Of a stretch of DNA of 64,000 nucleotides, positions 1-12,600 are shown piece after piece (the stretch's first letter is position 1; each line of letters begins with the position of its first letter). The DNA lies in assembly GCF_036365525.1 (NCBI RefSeq), contig NC_090378.1, positions 69,297,430 through 69,361,429 of the forward strand, in the 5' to 3' direction. Both the position numbers and the translations under genes were made by a program. This DNA is from Heterodontus francisci (lineage: Eukaryota). The notes under the pieces are model-generated. The model was given only the letters and a program-made list of their open reading frames with translations. It did not search any database and was not told where the DNA came from.

Positions 1-419
1 CGGTGATGCGGGGTGGGCATTCGGTCCGGGGGAGGAGGGTCACGGGGGGTACAGTGGTTCTTGGGGCTGGGGGGAGGGGTCCTCCATGGGCCACGGATTT
101 CCCACGAAGGAGGGACCCCCCCCCCCAACAAGCCTGCAGGGAGGGCACTTCGTTTTCCAAGACGTTCCCCTTCCCCCCCTGCTGCTGGTAAGATCCTAGT
201 GGTGGTGGGAAGAGACCCTTAATTGGCCGTCAATAAGCCACGGAAGGGCCTCAATTAGCCTCTGGGCGAGAAGGCCGACGTTGGCTTATCCTGCCCCCGG
301 GAAGATCGGGTCCTGCAATCCCAGCGTCTGGTTCCATGAAGGCTGCTCCTGCTCCGATTGTCCACACCCCCTCCTCCCGCCATGGAACCTGCCATCAGGA
401 CGAGCGCAAGATCTAGCCC
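1..419 (+). mobile_element. Right part of a GC-rich Harbinger-type MITE, cut by the window start
   Basis: Shares the internal motif cccttaattggcc...aagggcctcaatt with the copies at 2760 and 29790. Ends in a TIR-like aagatctagccc. Confidence 0.6.
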
Positions 420-1333
420 TTGCATCCTTTTGTCAGTAGTTCATGGATATGCCGTAAACTTAAGTTTGTATTTGTAATGTATCCGTACAACACACACAAA
501 AAAATGAAGTTCACATACATTGAGAAGCAAAGAATATACAACTGATCATTGAAGTAGCACATCCCTTCTCAGAAATTATTCCATTTTTAAAGCAAATTTC
601 ATGCAATTGTGAAAAAAAACCTCCCGACAAAAGGGAACATTTTATGAAATGACTAGCTTCCCCAAGGTGAAACTAAATTAATCAAGAACATAAAACACAG
701 CCAACCAACATACCTGCATTGGGCATGAATCTCACCCATAAGACATGTACATGTGTTGCTCCAGTCCAATCAGCATGTTAGCATTTGTTACCTGAAATGA
801 CCATTTTTTACAACTTCATCAACTTCAAGAAGCAGGAGAGCAATGAAAAGTGCTCTGAAAAGATTAAGCAGTTGTTACGACTGAGGCGGGAGGAGTGCAC
901 TGTTAATTCAGTCCCACTTCTCCAGAGGTCACAGCATATCAATAAATTTTCCCACTTACCGAAACAGCCAATTAGATACTGTATTTGCCCCCAGAATAAA
1001 GCACACCAACCAGGTTTCTTTAATAAACAGCAAAATTATCCATTTATTGTAAAACCAAGTCTTAACCAATAATGAAGTTATGTGAATCGAAATATTAAAG
1101 CCCCGTATTATTATCCTAGCCCTCACAGACATGCACATACATCCAAAAACCGGTTAACCGGGAAAAAAGGGAATTTCTTTTTACAGCTGTTTCAATGGAA
1201 TAAAAGGAATAACAAAAAACTTAGACTGCAATGATCTGGAAGGAAGTTCTTTGATTTAGCGAGGTGTCCCAAAGTCAAATAGTTGGCTGCCACTAGGAAT
1301 GTTTCCAGGCGAGGTTGATGAACAGTTTGTTTG

Positions 1334-1370
1334 GGTTCCGAAGAAGGGTCACTGACCCGAAACGTTAACT
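1334..1370 (+). ncRNA. Minimal type-I hammerhead ribozyme motif (variant core)
   Basis: GGTT-CCGAAGA-A-GGGTC-act-GACCC-GAAA-CG-TT-AACT. The core reads CCGA instead of CTGA. Confidence 0.55.
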
Positions 1371-1467
1371 CTGCTTCTCTTTCCACAGATGCTGCCAGAC
1401 CTGCTGACTGATTCCAGCATTTCTTGTTTTTGTTTCAGATTTCCAGCATCCGCAGTATTTTGCTTTT
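1337..1467 (+). mobile_element. Short Penelope terminal-repeat fragment inserted in the solo LTR
   Basis: Matches the tail of the Penelope element at about 50990-51085. Flanked by a 13-bp TSD with one mismatch (agtttgtttgggt 1324-1336 / agtttatttgggt 1468-1480). Confidence 0.75.
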
Positions 1468-2759
1468 AGTTTATTTGGGTAGGTGTTCAAAGCAATTCAA
1501 CTGTAGAAGGTTTCACATAGGTCTTCCATCAGGTGTATAACAACAGGTGTCAGTTCTTACACACATTCAATGCAAAAGCCCTTTTTTTAAAGATGCAAGG
1601 TTTCTGCAAGCATTCAGGATGTCTTCAAAATTACAGGAGGCAACAGTACCACTTCAAACAAGCTTTTGCTTTTCCCGAGCAGGGATTCTTTAAAGAGAGG
1701 GAATAGCTTTCTGGTTTTTCTTCTGAACTCCTGGCAGGTCCATCTCAAATTCCAATTGCCTGCTTTAGCCCAAACCCACTGCCTTTTAAAGTTCAAAAAT
1801 GAGGCTACTTTTCCAAGCAGGTCTCATGCTAAGTCATAAATTCTCTCTTGTCATAACAAAGGGTAGCTCTTAGGTCAAAACCCCCTGTGGTTTCCTTGAA
1901 ATCACCAAGTTTCCAGTATTTGTTTACTGGTCAAAACCAGGAACCTCTTGTTAACCTTGCTTTTATTGTAAAAGCATCCATAAAGTTCAGCTATATCCAG
2001 ATGTTTCAATGTCCATGAAATCTTTTTTGTTTGTTTTGAAAAATATAGATTCCCAAGTTTTAACAAAAAAATGGAACGCTGGTAACACAATATAAAGTGA
2101 ACCGCGTGTAAAACAAGGCACACTTACATAGACCAATATCATTACAGCCAGAGGACACCTAAAAAAAATCTGACCTAAAATCATGTTGGACCATTTTTCA
2201 AGTGTCTCTGGCAGCTACCTAAGACAGGCGTTTGTCCTTTTACAGATGTAAATGATGGTCCAAAAGAAATCGGAGAGCAATGAACAGGGTAGGTGACAAG
2301 ACTGCCCCACTCAAAGTCTTAAGCAGCAGCCACAAACTAAACAACAACAAAAACTTGAATTTTTGTAGAGCCTTTAAAGTAGAAAAACATCTCAAAGCAC
2401 TTCACAGGAGCATGATTAAGCAAAATTTGGCACCGAGCCACATAACAGATATTTGGGCACATGATCAGAAGCTTGGTCAAAGAGGTAGGCTTTATGGGCG
2501 CCTTACCCTTAAAGGAGAAAAGAGAGGTAAAGAGGTGGAGAGTTTTAGGGAGGGAATTCTGGAGCATAGGGCCTTGGCAGCTGAAGGCATGGCCACCAAT
2601 GTTGTAGCAATTAAAATTGAGGATGCTCAGGATTAGAGAAGTGCAAATATTGTGGGGGGGGGGGGGGGTTATGGGGCTGGAGGAGATTACAGAGATAGGA
2701 AGGGGTAAGGCATTGGAGGGATTTGAAAACAAGGAGGAGAATTTTAAAATTGAGGCATT

Positions 2760-3478
2760 GGCCGGGATTTACGGTAGGCAGGCGGGAGCCGGCCACCAAC
2801 TGAAAAGTTGGTGGCGAACCTGTGTCTGCCTCGCCTGGGGATCCAACCCGTATTGTGGGTCCCAAGGCTTCAAATGATGTGAGGCGGGACTTCCACCCAC
2901 TTGAGGTAGGAAGTTCCGCCTAATAGAGCTGCTGCCCAATCAGCGAGCTGGCAGCTCTTAGTCCCAGCAGTGCCACTGGGAGCGATGGCCACTGCTGGGA
3001 CTGCAGCCCAGCATGGAGAGAGGATGATTGGGAGCCGGGACAACAGGTAAGTTTTGGTTGCTTCGCCAGGGGTAATCGGTCGGGCCCCGGTGTGGCAAGG
3101 GTGGTCGACTGGACGGAACGGGGGCGTGTTGGGTCTTGGGGGGGGGGGTTGGGATAGTGGGTACGGCCCTCCATCAGGCACAGGGTGCCCGATCATGAGG
3201 TCACCCAGGGACGCTTGTTTTGTCAGGCGACTTCTTCGGTCCTTGGCCGCCTGACTAGCCACATGTAAAATCTGCGTGGAGGTGGGTGAAGGCCTTTAAG
3301 TGGCCACTTATGGGCCTTGATTGGCCTGGGGCAGGCGGGCCATTTTTCGTCCCTGCCCCTACATAAAGTGGCGGCAGAGGCGGGAGTGGGTCGGGAAGGC
3401 CTCCAGGACCCTGCCACTCCATTTTCCGCCATCCCCCCACCACCATCCCGCTGGTCGGGGTAGCATAAAATTCTGGCC
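2760..3478 (+). mobile_element. Non-autonomous PIF/Harbinger-type MITE inside the L2
   Basis: TIRs ggccgggattt / aaattctggcc, near-matching 3-bp TSD att/gtt, colinear with the 29790-30517 copy. Confidence 0.75.
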
Positions 3479-5202
3479 GTTGTTTTACCAGAAGCCAATG
3501 TAGGTGAGTGAGAAGACAGGAGATGGTTGAACAGGTCGTAGTGCAAGTAAGGACTCAGACAGCAGAGTTTTGAATGACCCCGAGTTTATGGAGGGTAAAA
3601 TGTAGGAGGCCAGCCAGGAGTGCATTGGAATAGTTAAGTCTGGAGGTAACAACAGTATTGGATGAGAGTTACAGCAGCTGATGAGTTGAGGTAAGGGCAG
3701 AATCATCAGTGTTATGGAGATGGAAATAGGTGGTATTAATGATGGCGTGGATATGAGGTCGGAAGCTCACCTTGGGGTCAAATATGACACCAAGGTTGTG
3801 AATAGTCTGGTTCAGCCTCAGACTTTTAACAGGGAGAGAGTTGGAGTTGATGACTAGAGAATGGAGTTTGTAGCAGGGACTGAAGACAATGGCTTCCCAA
3901 TATTTAGTTGGAGGAATTTTCTGCTCATCCAGTACTGGATGTCGGACAAGTCGTGATAATTTAGTGAAAGTGGAGGAGTCGAGGGAGGTGATAGTGAGGT
4001 CGGGCTTAGTGTCATCAGCATGTGTGTGAAAACCAGCTCTGTGTCTTTGGATGATGTCACCAAGGGGCAGCATGTAGATGAAAAATAAGAGGGGGCTAAG
4101 GATAGATCCTTGGGGGACATCAGAGGTAACTCTGCAGGAGTGGGAAGAGAAGCCATGGCAGGTGATTCTCTGGCTATGATTAGATAGCTAATAATGGAAC
4201 TAGGCAAATGCAGTTCCACCCAGCTGGACAGTGGACAGGCATTGGAGGAGGACAGTGTGGTCAACTGTGCCAAAGGCTGCAGACAGATTCAGAAGGATAA
4301 GAAGAGATAGTTTACCTTCATCACAGTCACATAGGATGTCATGTGTGACTATGATAAGATCTGTTTTGATACTGTGCTGGGGAGGAAAGTTGATTGGAGG
4401 GATTGATACATGGAGTTCCAGGAAAGATTGGAACAGATTTGGGAGGGGACAACACATTCAAGAACTTTGGAGAAGAAACTGAGGTTGGGATGAGGTGATA
4501 ATTTGCAAGGATGGTGGAATTAAGAATTATTTTTGAGGAAAGGGGTGATAACAAGTTTTGAATGAGAGAGGGACAGCACCTGAAGCAAGAGGACTGTTAA
4601 CAATATCGGCTAACATGGGGTCCTGGGAGGGAAGTTGAGTGCTCAGCATTTTAGTGGAAATAGGTTTGAGGGAGCATTAGGTGGGTCTCATGGACAAGAT
4701 AAGATTGGAGAGGGCATGAGGGGAGATAGGAGAGAAAATCAAGAAAGATGTGAGATTAGGGCGAGGGCAGTTGGGGGGGAAACTTTAGAGGAAGTTTGGC
4801 GCGGTGGGGTAGGGGAAGGGAGGGAGGTGGTAGAGGCAACTGATGGGATGGTATCAACTTAGAGACAAGGAAGTCCATGAGCTCTTTGCAATTGTTGCTT
4901 GAGGTGAGGGTGGAGGAGACAGGGGAGAGGGGTTTCAGAAGACAGTGTGCAATAGAGAAAATAAGCTTGTGGTTATCTTTGCATTCCAGGATGATCCTGA
5001 AATATTGAGCAGTTTTGGCAGATGAGAGCAAGACCCGATAGTGCTTTGTGTGGTCCATCCAGATCTGGCAGTGAACAGCTAAACCAGTTGTTTGCCATAT
5101 CCTTTCAAGTCTGTTTCACTTGGACCTAAGTGAGTGAAGATGAGGGCCATACCAGGGAGAATGGCCAAGATGAAAGCGAGTAATGGTTTTACTGGGGATA
5201 AC

Positions 5203-5489
5203 TAAAGAACTGCTCAGATCTGCAAAAAAAAACCCAGCCAAGCCCGACAGGACCACATCCGACCCGAGCCCGACCCGGCCCAAGTCCTTCCATTTTTTCC
5301 CACGCCCAACCCGACCATCAGTTAACTTAGCTTTCGTTTTTCACTTTGTTGCTGATCTGCACAAGCTTAAAATAACTGTAACGAAAGCCACTTACCTGTG
5401 ATAGAGCGTGTCCGACCCAGCCCGACCTGAGCCGAACCCGACACATGTCATTGAGTCCCGTCAGGTTCGGGTCGGGTAGCTGGCCTTTG
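5203..5489. mobile_element. hAT-type MITE inside the L2
   Basis: Subterminal CCCGA/TCGGG repeats, imperfect TIRs taaagaactgct / agctggcctttg, degenerate 8-bp TSD gggataac/gggacaat. The L2 resumes after it. Confidence 0.65.
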
Positions 5490-6134
5490 GGGACAATGGC
5501 AACAAATGTGCACCCTAAAGGTAAGTTTTTAAAATATTTTTAAAGAAAGATCTTCCTGTGGAACCAGGAATACCAGGAGTGCTTCTCCAGCTCTCCAGTT
5601 GTGATGATTGTCTTTATCCCCCTATCCCCATTACCCAGTCCAATGTCGCTCTCAGGACTTGCCTTAGGCTTGCTGCCAGTGAGGCAACTTCTTCTAAGTA
5701 AAAAATCAAGCTGCATGTAGAGGTGCAACAGACAAAGGCAGTTCATGCAAACATTTTGAATAAGTGCCGAGGCCCAATTTTGAATCAGTCTTGGACCTCC
5801 TGTTCGGGGTGCACGCTACCTGCCTGCCACCATTTCTAGATCCAAAAACAGATCCAGATGAATTTCCACTTCTGCAACACTGATCACTAACATCATCGAC
5901 TCCAGTTTGGACCTTTTCTTGCCTTGAATTACATTAATTGTACCACCCACTCCAGTAAATAAGCTAGCTCCAACGCCCCTCCCCCGCCCCACCCCACTAC
6001 CAGCAGCATCCTTCATGGTGAGCAGAAAGGAAGGGGAAGATTAGGAGAGAAAGGCAAAGCTCATCTTTGCACGCTAAACCTGTTGGTTCCTAAGTGTTAT
6101 TAGTTATGTTGCCACAAGCAAGTCTTTAATAGAG

Positions 6135-8363
6135 GCCTACTGTTTTCTGGAAAAGACGTCACATAAGACCGTCTTCACATTGAGGATATCCAACATCCTG
6201 TTGTTTGGCACTAACACCATGCTAAATGGATAGATTTCGAACAGATCCAGCAACTCAAAGCTGGGAATCCATAAGGCGCTATGGGCCATCAGCAGCAGCA
6301 GAATTATATTCAACCACAATCTGCAATTTCATGGCCCAGCATATCCCTCACTCTACCACTACCATCAAGCCAGTGGATCAATCTTGACTGAATGAGGAGT
6401 GTAGGAGAGTATGCCAGGAGCAGAACCAGGCATACCTCAAAATGAGATGTCAGCCTGGTGAAGTGACAACACAGGACTATTTGCACGCCAAACAGTGGAA
6501 GCAGCATGCAATAGATAGGGCGAAGCGATCCCACAACCAACGGATCAGATCTAAGCTCTGCAGTCCTGTCATATCCAGTCGTGGATGGTGGACAATTAAA
6601 CAACTAACACAAGGTGGATGCTCCACAAATATCCCCATCCTCAACAATGGGGGAGCCCAACACATCAATGCAAAAGACAAGGCTGAAGCATTTGCATCCA
6701 TCTTCAGCCAGAAGTGCCAAGTGGATGATCCATCTCGGCCTCTTCCTGAGGTCCCCAACATCACAGATGCCAGTTTTCAGCCAATCTGATTTACTCCATG
6801 TGCTTTCAAGAAACAATTGAAGGCATTGGATACTGCAAAGGCTATGGGCCCTGACAACATTCCGTCAATTGAACTGAAGACGTGCTCCAGAACTAGCAGC
6901 GCCCCTAACCAAGCTGTTCCAGTATAGCTATAACACTGACATCTACCCAGCAATGTGGAAAATTGAGCTGTTCACAAAAGGCAGGACAAATCCAACCCGC
7001 CTATCAGCCTGCTCTCCATCATCAGCAAAGTCATGGAAGGGGTCATTGGCAATGCTATCAAGTGGCACTTGCTCAGCAATAACCTGCTCACTGACGCTCC
7101 ACTTGGGTTCTGCCAGGGCCACTCAGCTCCCGTCCTCATTACAGCCTTGGTCCACACATGAACAAAAGAGCTGAACTCCAGAGGTGAGGCAAGAGTGACT
7201 GCCCTTGACATCAAGGCAGCATTTGACTGAGTATGGCATCAAGGAGCCCGAGCAAAACTGGTGTCAAGGGAATCAGAGGGAAAACTCACCGCTGGTTGGA
7301 GTTATACCTAGCACAAAGGAGGATGGTTATGCTTGTTGGAGGTCAAACATCTCAGCTCCAGGACATCACTGGAGGAGTTCCTCAGGGTAGTGTCCTAGGC
7401 CCAACCTTCTTCAGCTGCTTCAATGATCTTCCCTCCATCATAAGGTCAGAAGTGAGGATGTTCGCTGATGATTGCACAATGTTTAGCACCGTTCGCAACT
7501 CCTCAGATACTGAAGTAGCCCATGTCTACATGCAGCAAGACCTGGACAACATTCAGCCTTGGGCTAATAAGTGGCAAGTAACATTCGTGCCACTTAAGTG
7601 CCAGGCAATGACCATCTCAAACAAGAGTGAAGCTAACCATTTCTACTTGATGTTCAATGGCATCACCATCGCTGGATACCCCACTATCAACATCCTGGGG
7701 TTTACCATTGACCAGACACTGAACTGGAGCTGCCATATAAATATTGTGGCTACTAGAGCAGGTCAAAGGTTAGGAATTCTGTGGTGTGTAACTCACCTGT
7801 CTCCCCAGTGCCTGTCCACCATCTACAAGGCACAAGTCAGGAATGTGATGGAATACTCTCCACTTGCCTGGATGTGTGCAGCTCCAACAACACTCAAGAA
7901 GCTCGACGCCATCCAGGACAAAGCAACCTGCTTGATTGGCATCCATCCACCACCTTCAACATTCACTCCTTTCACGACTGACACACAGTGGCAGTAGTGT
8001 GTACCATCTACAAGATGCACTGCAGCAACTCACCAAGCTTCCTTTGACAGAACCCTCCAAACTCGCGACCTCTACCACCTAGAAGGATAAGAGCAGCAGA
8101 CGCATGGGAACACCACCACCTGCAAGTTCCCCTCCAAGCCACACACCATCCTGACTTGGAAATATATCGCTGTTCTTCACAGCTGTTGCTGGGTCAAAAT
8201 CCTGGAACCCCCTTCCTAACAGCACTGTGGGTGTACCTACACCACAAGGACTGCAGCAGTTCAAGAAGGCAGCTCACCTCCATCTTCTCAAGGGCAATTA
8301 AGGATGGGCAATAAATGCTGGCCTAGCCTGCGACACCCACATCCCTTTAATGAATAAAAAAAA
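6135..8363 (+). mobile_element. 5'-truncated CR1-clade LINE (frameshifted ORF2 RT plus 3' UTR)
   Basis: ORF 7233-7997 contains GVPQGSVLGP and MFADDC. Upstream KAMGPDNIP and LDIKAAFD remnants. Ends ...atgaataaaaaaaa. Confidence 0.9.
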
Positions 8364-8588
8364 CAGGTGGGAGAGAATGGCAATAGGCCAGTCTCAGTTG
8401 CCTGGGTATCAGGCATTCACATGCATAATTCCATATCGGTGATTGCAGACCATTTAGACATGAGAAGAGCAGAACCCTTGAGACTTACACCTTGGGGAAT
8501 CTAACTATTTCATACAATTCCTTCTCTTGTTGTGAGGTGGCACATATTAGAAATCTAATGTGTGAATCCTAATCTGTCACCTCCATAA

Positions 8589-8938
8589 GGGGCGGCACAG
8601 TGGCGCAGTGGTTAGCACCGCAGCCTCACAGCTCCAGCGACCCGGGTTCAATTCCGGGTACTGCCTGTGTGGAGTTTGCAAGTTCTCCCTGTGTCTGCGT
8701 GGGTTTCCTCCGGGTGCTCCGGTTTCCTCCCACATGCCAAAGACTTGCAGGTTGATAGGTAAATTGGCCATTATAAATTACCCCTAGGATAGGTAGGTGG
8801 TAGGGAAATATAGGGACTGGTGGGGATGTGGTAGGAATATGGAATTAGTATAGGATTAGTATAAATGGGTGGTTGATGGTCGGCGCAGACTCGGTGGGCC
8901 GAAGGGCCTGTTTCAGTGCTGTATCTCTAAAAAAAAAA
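8589..8938 (+). mobile_element. HE1-like tRNA-derived V-SINE
   Basis: A box tggcgcagtgg, B box ggttcaattcc, V-domain gggtttcctccgggtgctccggtttcctccca, CR1-like tail gggccgaagggcctg. Confidence 0.9.
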
Positions 8939-9184
8939 TACTCAGCCGACTTTGAACATGTCCTCAATCGTAGTCTGGAATGAATTAGATGTGTAAAAGT
9001 TGAGAGGTGTTGCAACTGGCGATGGGTAGAGCAGTTGACATTCTGAACAAAGAAGCAATTCTCTCTACAGGCTCTTGTACAGTTCCTTCACTGCATTCTT
9101 TGGGGGAAAAAATTACCTTTTGGTGCACTGCTCTTTGGAGAAGACAAGGTTCTAGTCTGCATCTTTTGCCACTGGTACTTCATA

Positions 9185-9302
9185 CTCAAGGGACATGGGG
9201 ATAGTGCGGGAATATGACATTGAGGTAGACAATCAGCCATGATCTAGAATGGTGGAGCAGGCTCAAAGGGCTGAATGGCCTACTCCTGTTCCTATGTCCC
9301 TA
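9185..9302 (+). mobile_element. CR1 3'-tail fragment
   Basis: atcagccatgatct...ggctgaatggcctactcctgttcctatg. Confidence 0.7.
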
Positions 9303-9602
9303 TTTAATGACAGAAAACGATTTTAACTGCTAATTATCCTGACAATTGCAAACACCCTCCTACTATCCTACTAACACCTAACACTCTAGTTCCCGCTCTA
9401 CTACACCAGGTTGCCATATTCCTACACTATCCCCATATCCCTTGAGTATGAAGTACCAGTGGCTAAAAGACAGGAATCTCTGATGTAAGTGTACCTTTTT
9501 GCTCTTCATCTACACTTCTTTAACTTAATCTTCAATGGCAACCTGGTGTAATTGAATAGGAACTAGAGTATTAGCTGTCAGTAGGAGGGAGGTTGCAGTT
9601 AT

Positions 9603-12600
9603 CATAGAGTCATAGAGTCACAGAGTTATACAACATAGAAACAGGCCCTTAGGCCCATTGTGACCATCAAGCAGCTATCTATTCTAATCCCATTTTCCAG
9701 CACTTGGCCCGTAGCCTTGTATGCTATGGCGTTTCAAGTGTTCATCTAAATACTTCTTAAATGTTGTGAGGGTTCCTGCCTCTACCACCCCTTCAGGCAG
9801 TGTGTTGCAGATTCCAACCACCCTCTGGGTGAAATTTTTTTTCTTCAAATCCCCTCTAAACCTCCTGCTCCTTACCTTAAATCTATAACCCCTGGTTATT
9901 GACATCTCAGCTAAGGGAAAAAGTTTCTTCCTATCTATCCTATCTATGCCCCTCATAATTTGGTATACCTCAATCAGGTCCCCCCTCAGCCTTCTCTGCT
10001 CTAAGGAAAACAACTGCTTTACCCTCATCTACACACCTAGTCACCTCCTTGAAAAATCCATTCAGATTTGTTAGACATGTTCTCCCCCTGACAAAGGCAT
10101 GCTATCTTTGACTAATTCCTGCCTCTCCAAGTGAAGATTAATCCTGTCCTTCAGAATGTTTTCCAATAGTTTCCCTACCACTGATGTTAGACTCACTGGC
10201 CTGTAATTACCTGGTTTATCCCTACTACCCTTCTTGAATCATGGTACCACATTCGCTGTCCTCCAGTCCTCTGGCACCTCTCCTGTGGCCAGACAGGATT
10301 TGAAAAAGTTTGTGTCAGAGCCCCTGCAATCTCCTCCCTTGCCTCACATAGCAGCCTAGGATACATCTCATCTAGGCCTGGGGATTTATCCACTTTTAAG
10401 CCCGCTAAAACTGCTAATACCTCCTCCCTTTCAATGCTCATTTGTTCAAGTATATCACAATCTCCTCCCTGATCTCTACACCTACATCATCCTTCTCCAC
10501 AGTGAACACAGATGAAACGTAATCATTTAAAACCTCACCTACGTCCTTCGGCTCCACACACAGATTGCCACTTTGGTCCCTAACGGGCCCTACTCTTTTC
10601 CTGGTTATCCTCTTGCCCTTAATATACTTATAAAACGCCTTGGGATTTTCCTTTATCTTGCCCGCCAGTGTTTTTTCATGTCCCCTCTTCACTCTCTTAA
10701 TTACTTTTTTAAGTAACCCCCCCTACACTTTCTATACTCCTCTAGGGTCTCCGCTGTTTTCAGCCCTCTAAATCTGCCATAAGCCTCCTTTTCTTTTCCT
10801 TATCCAATCCTCTATATCCCTTGACATCCAGGGTTCCCTGGACTTGTTGGTCCTAACCTTCACCTTTACGGGAACATATTGGCATAACATGTGGGGCGGC
10901 ACAGTGGCGCAGTGGTTAGCACCGCAGCCTCACAGCTCCAGCGACCCGGGTTCAATTCTGGGTACTGCCTGTGTGGAGTTTGCAAGTTCTCCCTGTGTCT
11001 GCATGGGTTTCCTCCCACGTGCCAAAGACTTGCAGGTTGATAAGTAAATTGGCCATTATAAATTGCCCCTAGTGTACGTAGGTGGTAGGGAAATATAGGG
11101 ACAGGTGGGGATGTGGTAGGAATATGGGATTAGTGTAGGATTAGTATAAATGGGTGGTTGATGGTCGGCACAGACTCGGTGGGCCGAAGGGCTTGTTTCA
11201 GTGCTGTATCTCTAAACTCTCACTATTTCCTTTTTGAATGATTCCCACTGGTCTGATGTAGACTTTCCTAGAAGTAGCTGCTCCCAGTCCACTTTGGCCA
11301 GATCCTGTTTTATCGTATTGTAATCGGCCTTCCCCTAATTCAGCATCTTTATTTCCGGTCCATCTTTATCCTTTTCCATAACTACCTTAAATCTTAGAGT
11401 TATGGTCACTATCCCCGAAATGCTCCCCCACTGACACTTCTACCACTTATCCGGCTTCATTCCTTAAGATTATGGCAGTACCGCCCCTTCTCTTGTCGGA
11501 CTTTCTACGTGCTGGCTCAAAAAGCTCTCCTGTATGCACTTTAAGAATTCCGCCCCCTTTAAGCCTTTTGCACTAAGACTATCCCAGTTAATATTGTGGA
11601 AGTTGAAATCTCCTATTATTATTCTCTATTATTTTTACACCTCCCTGAGATCTGCCTACATATCTGTTCCTCTATCTCTCCCTGACTATTTAGAGGCTTG
11701 TAGCACACTCCCAGCAAGGTGATTGCCCCCTTTTTGTTTTTAAGTTCTACCCATATGGTCTCATTTGACGAATTCTAAGATATCATCCCTCCTTACTGTA
11801 GTAATTGACTCCTTGATCAATAGTGCAATGCCACCTCCTCATTTACACCCCCCCACCCCCCACCCCCCCATCACACCTGAAGATTCTATACCCTGGAATA
11901 TTGAACTGCCAGTCCTGCGCTTCCCTCAACCATGCCTCTGTGATAGCAATAATATCATATTCCCATGTGTTAATCAACACCCTCAATTCATCTGCCTTAT
12001 TTGTAAGACTCCTTGTGTTAAAATAGATGCAATCCGGCCTTGCATTATTAGCTTGTGCCTTGACAGGTCTACATTTGGTCTGCCTTCCAGACTGACTTAG
12101 TTTCTCTTCTATATTTGGCTATGCATCACCCGCTACTGTACCTCCACTCTGTATCCCATCCCCGTGCCAAATTAGTTTAAACCCCACCCCGCTCAACAGC
12201 ATTACCAAAGCTCCCTGCAAGGATGTTGGTCCCGTTCCGGTTCAGGTGCAACCCGTCTGGCTAGTACAGGTCCCACCTTCACCAGAAACAGACCCAGTGA
12301 TCCAGGAAATTAAAGCCCTCCCTCCTGCACCATCTCTTCAGCCACGCATTCATCTATCCTCCTATTCCTATACTCACTAGCACGTGGCACTGAAAGTAAT
12401 CAAGAGATTAAACCTTTGAGGTCCTGCTTTTTAATCTGCTATCTAGCTCCTTAAATTCTTGTTGCAGGACCTCATCCCTCTTTCTACCTATGTCGTTGGT
12501 ACCAATGTGAACCACGACCTCTGATTGTTCACCCTCCCCCTTCAGAATGTCCTGCAGCCGCTCCATGACATCCTTGACCCTAGCACCAGTGAGGCAACAG

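Larger units (their letters stand above)
873..1858 (-). mobile_element. Solo LTR (Gypsy-type)
   Basis: TG...CA ends with short inverted termini (tgttacgac / gtcataaca). The left part is the reverse complement of the 3' ends of the LTRs at 27379-28385 and 58816-59753. No clean TSD. Confidence 0.65.
2340..6020 (-). mobile_element. Degenerate L2 LINE, interrupted by two DNA elements
   Basis: L2-type 3' tail at 2340. Minus-strand RT remnants (LILLNLSAAFGTVDH, DVPQGSILSPLLF, HTHADDT, LGVIFD), with upstream ORF2 remnants to about 6020. Confidence 0.85.

Noticed and set aside
711-860. Splice-like signals on the minus strand
   Set aside because: Several alternative short exons are possible, none gives a recognisable peptide, and most frames close.
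956-1138. Hydrophobic minus-strand ORF ending at a gtaagt donor
   Set aside because: Lies within the solo LTR, and the same sequence recurs in the other LTR copies.
5230-5480. Short CCCGA repeats resembling an array
   Set aside because: Irregular subterminal repeats of a hAT MITE, with no repeat-spacer periodicity. Not CRISPR.
8589-8665. tRNA-like A and B boxes
   Set aside because: Head of an HE1 SINE, not a tRNA gene. The same applies at 10892, 56077 and 60990.
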